From positions 1,541 through 65,540 of the forward strand of contig DCHR01000039.1 of assembly GCA_002315375.1 (NCBI GenBank): 64,000 nucleotides of DNA, written 5' to 3'. This DNA is from Treponema sp. UBA1747 (lineage in GTDB: Bacteria > Spirochaetota > Spirochaetia > Treponematales > Treponemataceae). The notes under the pieces were generated by a model, which was not told where the DNA came from, ran no database searches, and saw nothing but the letters and a program-made list of their open reading frames with translations. Made by a program: the position numbers and the translations under genes. How positions within the stretch are numbered: the first letter of the stretch is position 1; every line of letters begins with the position of its first letter. Shown in pieces: positions 57,270 to 64,000 of the stretch.

Positions 57270-59126
57270 ATGAAATTTCGATTTTCTTTTTTTGCTTTTA
57301 TTCTCTTATTACTGACTTCTCCCCTGCCTGCTGCAAAAAAAACAGTTCCAGCTGAAGATTCTCAACTCCAGATTGAAGAAGAACTTCAGCTTCAGGAAAC
57401 TGAAAATACTGAAAATGGAATAAAAAAACACGAATGGTGTATTTTCTACAAGAATGAAAAAACAGTTTTTGCAGGTCCTTTTGATACAGTAGAAGAAGCT
57501 CTTGAAGCCTGGATTACGAGCAAAAAGGTAAAATCCGGGGCAAAATATTACATCGGGCGCGACAAAAGACTTTTCACAAATACTCCTGAAACTTATTACC
57601 GCAGAAAGTTTGAAGCAGTACAAAAAGCTGTTGAAGAAAAGAAAGCGGCTGAGCTGGCAAACGAACAGAAACAAGAACAGGAAACAAAAAAATCTTCTAA
57701 AAAAGACAAGAAGAAAAAAGAAATCCAGGAAGAAAATCAGGAATTAACTGAAGAAACAAAAAATATCTCTGAAGAACCTGTTTCTGATCCTGAAAAAACT
57801 GTCTCTGAGGCAAAAGAAACTGCATCTGTTTCTGAAGAAGTTTCCGCCGTACCGGAAGAAGAAGTTGTTTTAACAAAAAAACAGCTGAAAGAAAAAGAAA
57901 AGGCTGAAAAAGCAGAAAAAAAGGCAAAAGAGAAAGAAGAAAAAGCCAAATTAAAGGAAGAAAAAAAGAAGAAAAAGAATAAAAACGGGGATCAGGAAGA
58001 AAACGCAGAAATTCCTGAACCCGCAGCTGATGAAAATCAGGTTTCTGAAAAAACTGATGCCGAAGTAACCGAAACTCCGGAAATACCTGAAGTTATTGAG
58101 CCGGAAGAGATTCAAATTAAAGCTTTACCTCAGGAACCGGGAATGGTACCTGAAGAATTACTGAAACAAATCAGGATTAATAAAGGCACCACCACTATGG
58201 AACCACCTGCTGAAGTAAAAAAAGATGCTTCACCTGCTGATAAAAAGCAGGAGGTTTCAAAAACAACAGGTAAAGAAACCAGCGAAAAAACAAAATATTC
58301 TCCATTTGAAGTTCCTCTCACAGAGGAAACAAAACCTGAGAAGAATGAAGACAGCACAAGTACTTCCATTCCTGAAATCAAATTCTCTGAAACAGAAAGC
58401 ACAAATAAAGAAAACAGACTGAACAGACCATATCTTTCAGATTTCATTTCCAACGATATTTTTGGTATTCCTGAAAACGACTCCTCAAATATCGAAGAAG
58501 ATTTCATAGAAGAAGCAAACGAGGCCGACAGCAACGGTGTCACTGCCTTAATGAAAGCAGTGAAGGAAGGAAATGACTGGAAAATCCGGACTTTAATCCG
58601 TTCAAAGGCTGATGTAAACGCAAAAGACAAGGAAGGCTGGACACCTCTCATGTATGCTGCCAGATACCAGAGCAACCTTACAGTACTGGAACTGATTCTT
58701 TCCGAAAAAGCAGACCCGAAAGCAGTAAACAATTATGGGCTCTCCCCTCTTATTATTGCCGCCTGCTTCAATGACAACCCGGACGTAATCAAAAAGCTTC
58801 TCTCTTATTACTCTCCTGCAGACAAAGAAGTTCAGAAAGCTTTTGTTCAGCTGGTATCAACCCAGCAGTCAGATAACTTTGCCCTGGTTTCCAAAGTGAA
58901 GATTTTCCTGGACTTCGGATTCCCGGTTAATTCCTATTACGAAGGAAAAACACCGTTAATGTATACCTGTAAATATTGTACTTCTACAAAAGTAATTAAA
59001 CTTTTACTTGATAAAAACGCAGCTGTAAATGTCCGTTCTACAGAGGGAAAAACGGCATTTGATTATGCACAGGGTAATAAAGCATTGCCAAAAGATGAAA
59101 TATACTGGTCCCTCAACAAAAGATAA
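57270..59126 (+). CDS. Exported ankyrin-repeat protein with a long E/K-rich region
   Basis: Signal peptide; GVTALMKA, ADVNAKDKEGWTPLMYAA, GLSPLIIAA, GKTPLMY, GKTAFDYA. Confidence 0.88.
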   Translation: MKFRFSFFAFILLLLTSPLPAAKKTVPAEDSQLQIEEELQLQETENTENGIKKHEWCIFYKNEKTVFAGPFDTVEEALEAWITSKKVKSGAKYYIGRDKRLFTNTPETYYRRKFEAVQKAVEEKKAAELANEQKQEQETKKSSKKDKKKKEIQEENQELTEETKNISEEPVSDPEKTVSEAKETASVSEEVSAVPEEEVVLTKKQLKEKEKAEKAEKKAKEKEEKAKLKEEKKKKKNKNGDQEENAEIPEPAADENQVSEKTDAEVTETPEIPEVIEPEEIQIKALPQEPGMVPEELLKQIRINKGTTTMEPPAEVKKDASPADKKQEVSKTTGKETSEKTKYSPFEVPLTEETKPEKNEDSTSTSIPEIKFSETESTNKENRLNRPYLSDFISNDIFGIPENDSSNIEEDFIEEANEADSNGVTALMKAVKEGNDWKIRTLIRSKADVNAKDKEGWTPLMYAARYQSNLTVLELILSEKADPKAVNNYGLSPLIIAACFNDNPDVIKKLLSYYSPADKEVQKAFVQLVSTQQSDNFALVSKVKIFLDFGFPVNSYYEGKTPLMYTCKYCTSTKVIKLLLDKNAAVNVRSTEGKTAFDYAQGNKALPKDEIYWSLNKR

Positions 59127-59143
59127 AAGCGTGGATAATTAGA

Positions 59144-59734
59144 ATGAGAATAACTGGTGGGAAATTAAAAGGACGTCAGATAAAATGTCCGGACGGAGTA
59201 ATCAGACCTGCAATGGATCGTATGCGGGAATCCGTATTCTCTATTTTAGGCGATTTATCCGGAAAATCCTGGCTCGATCTGTTTTCAGGCTCAGGTACAA
59301 TTGCAATTGAAGCAGTTTCAAGAGGAGCAAATCCTGTTGAGCTTTGCGAAAAAGATAAAATAAAAGTAAATACTGTTCTTGATAACGTTGCAGTAACAGA
59401 AAAGGAATGCGGTGTAAAAATCCGCTGTCATTTTATGCCTGTTGAATATTTTATCAAAAGGTGTAAAACACAGTTCGATTATATTTTCTTCGACCCTCCT
59501 TTCCCCTACAAGTTTCATGAACAGATTATTCTGCAGGCAGATCAGAACAATATTCTGAAAGAAACAGGAACCATAATGGTTCACAGGCCTGAAGAACATT
59601 TTATGCCGGATACAATCGGGAGATTAACAAGGACCGACCAGCGTATTTACGGACGGTCAATTGTTGATTTTTATACTTATGTAAAAATTGCTTCAGAGAC
59701 AGGAACCGAAGCTGGAGAAAATGCTGATGCGTGA
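59144..59734 (+). CDS. rsmD: 16S rRNA m2G966 methyltransferase
   Basis: MRITGG..GR, RESVFSIL, LDLFSGSG, EAVSRGA, FDPPF. Confidence 0.92.
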   Translation: MRITGGKLKGRQIKCPDGVIRPAMDRMRESVFSILGDLSGKSWLDLFSGSGTIAIEAVSRGANPVELCEKDKIKVNTVLDNVAVTEKECGVKIRCHFMPVEYFIKRCKTQFDYIFFDPPFPYKFHEQIILQADQNNILKETGTIMVHRPEEHFMPDTIGRLTRTDQRIYGRSIVDFYTYVKIASETGTEAGENADA

Positions 59735-60089
59735 TAAAAAAGCTGATGTAAAAGAACTGATTTCTGAAAAACAGAATACAGTTCCTGAAGGTTTCATTAA
59801 AGTCACAGACAATCCTGTTGCCGGCCTGACCTCTGAACAGAAAGCGATTTTGAACAGAAAAGCCAACATAATGTTCAACAACGGGAATATTGAAGATGCA
59901 AGACGAATCTACATTACCACAGGTTATTCAGACGGCTTAACCAGAATCGGGGACCACTATATGGATAAAAATCAAAGCCTGAAAGCTTTGAAGCAATATA
60001 CCCTGGCCCATAACAGCCGGAAAGCAGAACCCATCTATAAAGATATTGCTTCTGTTATTTCAGCCTTATTAAAAAATGAAAATAATTAA
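59721..60089 (+). CDS. Hypothetical helical (TPR-like) protein
   Basis: About 120 aa, overlaps the rsmD end; start uncertain (59721 or 59727). Confidence 0.65.
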   Translation: MLMRDKKADVKELISEKQNTVPEGFIKVTDNPVAGLTSEQKAILNRKANIMFNNGNIEDARRIYITTGYSDGLTRIGDHYMDKNQSLKALKQYTLAHNSRKAEPIYKDIASVISALLKNENN

Positions 60090-60115
60090 TTAAAAAACTG
60101 AAGGAGATAAAAAAA

Positions 60116-61309
60116 ATGTTTGGAATTAAAAAAAGTGAACCATCACCAATGCCAATTGAAGAAGAAAACGAAACACCTGATATTCAGGAAATTTATCTTC
60201 CTGATGAAATTAAAGCGGCTGACACGGGGGATTCTGAGCTCAATGAAAAAATCGCAGAACTTTCCAAACTTGGTTACCAGTTCCTGAAGGAAGGAAACGT
60301 TGAAGATTCAATCAATTCCTTCGAAGAAGTTCTGAGTATTGACCCGGACAACAACTACGCCCTGGTTGGACTTGGCGATGCCATGCGCAAAAACCATGAT
60401 TACCAGAAAGCCATCGAATTCTACAACAAATGTCTCGAATTCCACGAAAACAATAATTACGCTCTTTTCGGACTGGCCGACTGTTACAAAGCACTGAACC
60501 AGTTTACAAAAGCAATTCAGATCTGGGAACAGTATCTGAAACACGATGATAAAAACATCACTGTTCTCACACGAGTTGCCGATGCATACAGAAAAATCAG
60601 AATCTTTAAGCGCTCAAAGGAAATCTACCTCAGAGTACTGGAACTGGAAAACACAAATCCTTATGCTCTTATCGGACTCGGACACCTGCACTACGACTAC
60701 AAAGAATATAAAGAAGCCCTTCACTACTGGACACGCATGTATAACCAGAACCAGGAATCCTGCGATATCAGAGTTCTTACTTCTCTGGGAAACTGCCACA
60801 GAAAACTGAAGACTTATGCAGACGGAATTCCATACTTCAACAAAGCTTTGGAACGGGATCCTGTAAACTTCTATGCACTTTTCGGAATGGCAGACTGTTA
60901 CCGCGGATTGAACCGCCAGAAAGAATCAATTTACTTCTGGAATAAGATTCTGGACATTGACCCGGAAAACAAAGTTATTTTAACCCGCGCAGGAGATGCA
61001 TACAGAAATATCCGAGAATTTGAAAAAGCAAAGGAATATTACAACAAAGCGCTGGATATAGACTTCGATATTTATGCTGCACTGGGGCTTGCTCTTCTCT
61101 GCAAAGATGAAGGAAAGCTGGATGAAGCAGTTGAACGTCTCCTTAATCTCATTCGCGGCGACAGAAAAAATTACCGTCTTTATGTCGACCTGGCCGACTG
61201 TTACCTTAAAATGAATAGAAAAGCTGACGCCATTGCAGCTCTGGAAGATTTTCAGAAATGCGGAATAAAGAGTCAGGTTGTAAACGACTTACTGGATAGA
61301 ATCAGATAA
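60116..61309 (+). CDS. Tetratricopeptide repeat protein
   Basis: Tandem TPRs (NNYALVGLGDA, YALFGLADCY, VLTSLGNCH). Confidence 0.92.
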   Translation: MFGIKKSEPSPMPIEEENETPDIQEIYLPDEIKAADTGDSELNEKIAELSKLGYQFLKEGNVEDSINSFEEVLSIDPDNNYALVGLGDAMRKNHDYQKAIEFYNKCLEFHENNNYALFGLADCYKALNQFTKAIQIWEQYLKHDDKNITVLTRVADAYRKIRIFKRSKEIYLRVLELENTNPYALIGLGHLHYDYKEYKEALHYWTRMYNQNQESCDIRVLTSLGNCHRKLKTYADGIPYFNKALERDPVNFYALFGMADCYRGLNRQKESIYFWNKILDIDPENKVILTRAGDAYRNIREFEKAKEYYNKALDIDFDIYAALGLALLCKDEGKLDEAVERLLNLIRGDRKNYRLYVDLADCYLKMNRKADAIAALEDFQKCGIKSQVVNDLLDRIR

Positions 61310-61314
61310 CCAAT

Positions 61315-62337
61315 ATGGAAAATAAAATTGTACTCACAGGTCTGCTCCCGGCAGAAATAACTGAACAGCTGGGATTAAAAGAAAAATTCCGTGGCAAACA
61401 GATTTTCAAATGGGTTGGTCAGGGTGTAAAAACTTTTGACGAAATGACCAACCTTGGAAAATCACTCAGGGAAGAACTTTCCGAAAAAGCAGTTTTAAGA
61501 ACCTCAACCGTCTCAAATATTCTTGAAGATCCTGACGGTACAATTAAACTTCAAATTACACTCTTCGACGGAAATGCCGTTGAAACAGTTTTACTTACAG
61601 ATAAAGAAGACCGCAAAACTGCCTGTGTTTCCTGTCAGGCAGGCTGCGCAATGAGATGTGCCTTCTGTCAGACAGGGACCCTGGGTCTTTCGCGAAACCT
61701 GACTGCGGCCGAAATTGTAGAACAGTTTCTGTACCTGGAAGAAAAGGCAGGACCTCTGGACAATATCGTCTTCATGGGAATGGGTGAACCGATGCAGAAT
61801 CTGGAAGGCATTCGCAAAGCAATCGAAATTCTATGCAATTCAGACGGCCGGGCACTTTCAAAAAAACGCATCACCCTCTCAACCTCGGGAATCATCAAAG
61901 GAATTTATGACCTTGCCGACAATGGACCTCACATCAGACTTGCAGTTTCCCTTACCACTGCTGATGAAGAATTGCGGAAAGAATTAATGCCTGTTACAAA
62001 CGGAAACAGTCTGAAAGACCTTCGTGAAGCAATTTCTTATTATGCTGAAAAAAGCGGAAAGCGTGTAACTCTGGAAGCAGCCTTACTTCATGATAAAAAT
62101 ACTACAGAAGAAAGTGCCCGGAATATGATTAATTTTTCGAAAGGAATTGATGTGAATATAAACCTGATTCCATGGAACCCGGTTGCTTCTCTTCCATTCA
62201 CAGAACCAGGCTCAAATGAAGTCCGGAGATTTGTTGAACGTCTTGAAAAAGCAGGACTCAATGTAACGTTAAGAACAAAGCGCGGAAGAAAAATCGGCGG
62301 AGCCTGTGGTCAGCTGGGACAGACAGTAAAATCCTGA
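61315..62337 (+). CDS. rlmN: 23S rRNA/tRNA m2A methyltransferase RlmN
   Basis: GCAMRCAFC, VFMGMGEP, NLIPWN, GACGQL. Confidence 0.96.
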   Translation: MENKIVLTGLLPAEITEQLGLKEKFRGKQIFKWVGQGVKTFDEMTNLGKSLREELSEKAVLRTSTVSNILEDPDGTIKLQITLFDGNAVETVLLTDKEDRKTACVSCQAGCAMRCAFCQTGTLGLSRNLTAAEIVEQFLYLEEKAGPLDNIVFMGMGEPMQNLEGIRKAIEILCNSDGRALSKKRITLSTSGIIKGIYDLADNGPHIRLAVSLTTADEELRKELMPVTNGNSLKDLREAISYYAEKSGKRVTLEAALLHDKNTTEESARNMINFSKGIDVNINLIPWNPVASLPFTEPGSNEVRRFVERLEKAGLNVTLRTKRGRKIGGACGQLGQTVKS

Positions 62338-62350
62338 AAAGTTTTCTGAA

Positions 62351-63145
62351 TTAAATATGGCGGCGGATTCCGTCAAACTTTATTTCCCACAAAAATAAAC
62401 CTGTGGAAGGCGCAGTTACTCCTGCAAAAGTCCGGTCCCTTGCATCAAGAATTTTTTTCAAAGAATTCACAGGTTCCTTGTTTTTATCAAGATTAATTAT
62501 TGTTCCGGTCAGAGTTCTGACCATGCGCCACAAAAAAGCATTTGCTTCGATTTCAAATACCAGCAGTTCTTTACCAAACAAATCTTTTTGAAAAAAGAAA
62601 TGGGCATTATCAAGATACCGACAGGTTGAAACACTCTGGTCTCCGCTTGCAGCAAAACTTGCACAATCCAGTTCACCCCGAAGACAGGCAGAAATCGCAT
62701 TAAGTCTTTCCAGATCCGGAACATAATTTTTTACATCCCAGACATATCTGGTCTGACTGGCAGATAAACCTTCCGAATAATTTATGAAATAACGGTAAAC
62801 TCTTGAGGTGGCTGAGAAGCGGGCATTAAAATCATCATCCTTTTCTTCAGCGGAAACAATCCGGATATCTTCGGGAAGAAAGGCATTCAAAGCCCTTACA
62901 TAATTCTGAACAGGAATTGAATCAATAGGACTGAAAAAATTTGCTGCCTGTCCGTAAGCATGTACACCGGAATCAGTACGGCCTGACCCGTAAAGATTTA
63001 TTTTCGTTTTATGAATTTTTTCAAGGGCCAGTTCTATTTCGGCCTGAACAGTCCGCATGGGCTTTCCGTTTTCCGCCCGGTCCTGCCGCTGCCATCCGCA
63101 AAAATCAGTACCATCGTAAGAGACAGTAAGTAAAATGTTACGCAT
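62351..63145 (-). CDS. truA: tRNA pseudouridine(38-40) synthase
   Basis: YDGTDFCGWQRQ, GRTDSGVHA, FNARFSA, AFLWRMVR, TAPSTGL. Confidence 0.96.
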   Translation of the reverse strand: MRNILLTVSYDGTDFCGWQRQDRAENGKPMRTVQAEIELALEKIHKTKINLYGSGRTDSGVHAYGQAANFFSPIDSIPVQNYVRALNAFLPEDIRIVSAEEKDDDFNARFSATSRVYRYFINYSEGLSASQTRYVWDVKNYVPDLERLNAISACLRGELDCASFAASGDQSVSTCRYLDNAHFFFQKDLFGKELLVFEIEANAFLWRMVRTLTGTIINLDKNKEPVNSLKKILDARDRTFAGVTAPSTGLFLWEIKFDGIRRHI

Positions 63146-64000
63146 TAGATATCATCATCCGCTACAACTTTGGAAAGGTTGTCGTATAAGTTGCGGGCAT
63201 GTTCAAGAAGAGGTCCCGGTTTATTTTTTGATGATTTTCCCAATCCGAAGATTCGGGCAATGGCAGTTTTACTTTCTGAAAGTTTTTTCAAACGAAGCTG
63301 AACATCATCCTTCTGACCATATTTATATTCAAGAAGACCGCAGAGATAAATTACTCCATCCCATCCATAGTTTTTATCCATATCAGGTCCCATGTTGGCA
63401 AGAGTTGAACTTTTTTCTACACGGGCGGTTTCGTTGATTACTGCCTGCTGGTAAAAGAAAAGTGCCTTTCTGTAGAAAACCTGTGAAACGTAGTCATAAT
63501 TATGTTCTGCGCAACGCTGGTTAAGTTCATTGCAAAGCCAGGCCAGGCGAAGAGATATGATTGCCTGTTTCATTGTAGGCAGCATTTCAACTCCGACATC
63601 ATTGTAAGTAAGGAGCGCCAGATAATACATTGCAGCACCGTCAAACAAGGTGCGTTCTTTTTTCAAGTTAAAATAAGGAAATATTTCGTTGACGGCTGCC
63701 TTTCTTTTTTCCATGTGCTCAAAAATTTTATCTTCTGCTTCACGGTTTTTGAATTCTTTGAAATCACCCCAGAAAAAAGCAGAATAGCAGTTTGGACAGG
63801 CCCCTACTTCGTAAATCAAAGGATAAACAAGACCATATTTTTTTGAAGGTTCAAAATTTCTGTGGAGTTCATCAGTAAGGCTTCCGGCAATCATACGTCC
63901 CTGACCACTCATCATTATTTCGTGATCAAAGGCTTTCTTACAAATAGGACAAGTACATTTATCCTTTGCCCAATAAGAAATAACCGGTTTTTTTGTTTCT
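63145..64000 (-). CDS. DUF2225-like protein, 5' end outside the window
   Basis: Frame continues upstream of 63915 through CTCPICKK; second zinc motif CPNCYSA; LRLAWL. Confidence 0.75.
   Translation of the reverse strand, partial: ETKKPVISYWAKDKCTCPICKKAFDHEIMMSGQGRMIAGSLTDELHRNFEPSKKYGLVYPLIYEVGACPNCYSAFFWGDFKEFKNREAEDKIFEHMEKRKAAVNEIFPYFNLKKERTLFDGAAMYYLALLTYNDVGVEMLPTMKQAIISLRLAWLCNELNQRCAEHNYDYVSQVFYRKALFFYQQAVINETARVEKSSTLANMGPDMDKNYGWDGVIYLCGLLEYKYGQKDDVQLRLKKLSESKTAIARIFGLGKSSKNKPGPLLEHARNLYDNLSKVVADDDI

Noticed and set aside
1-64000. CRISPR arrays, transposases, prophage genes and rRNA
   Set aside because: No spaced direct repeats or matching protein or RNA motifs were seen

Overview
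Chromosomal, AT-rich window from a spirochete, most likely a gut or rumen Treponema. The evidence is short FlaB flagellins without D2/D3 domains, fliW-csrA next to flgK/flgL, a rod-binding-only FlgJ and a spirochete-type long LepB. The window holds housekeeping genes (rpsA, cmk, dxs, tsaE/tsaB, a UvrD/Rep helicase, murC, sbcCD, rsmD, rlmN, truA), two flagellar clusters with sigma28 promoters and CsrA-type hairpins, one tRNA(CAU), and a 13-kb carbohydrate uptake locus (two solute-binding proteins, four permeases, NHL-repeat, Yip1 and DUF5696-like genes). No mobile element, prophage or CRISPR array was seen. The top candidate for a new system is a naturally split class III (anaerobic) ribonucleotide reductase. 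The large NrdD stops after its Zn-site motif and ends in a coiled coil. The glycyl-radical loop (RIVGYY) sits on a separate 181-aa protein that starts with a coiled coil and ends with a CPNC glutaredoxin-like domain, and it has its own promoter with NrdR boxes. Other leads are structured flagellin 5' leaders, a divergent sigma-like protein, a cysteine-less CopZ-like protein and an uncalled 28-aa bS22-like ORF. All calls come from reading motifs by eye; no searches were run.
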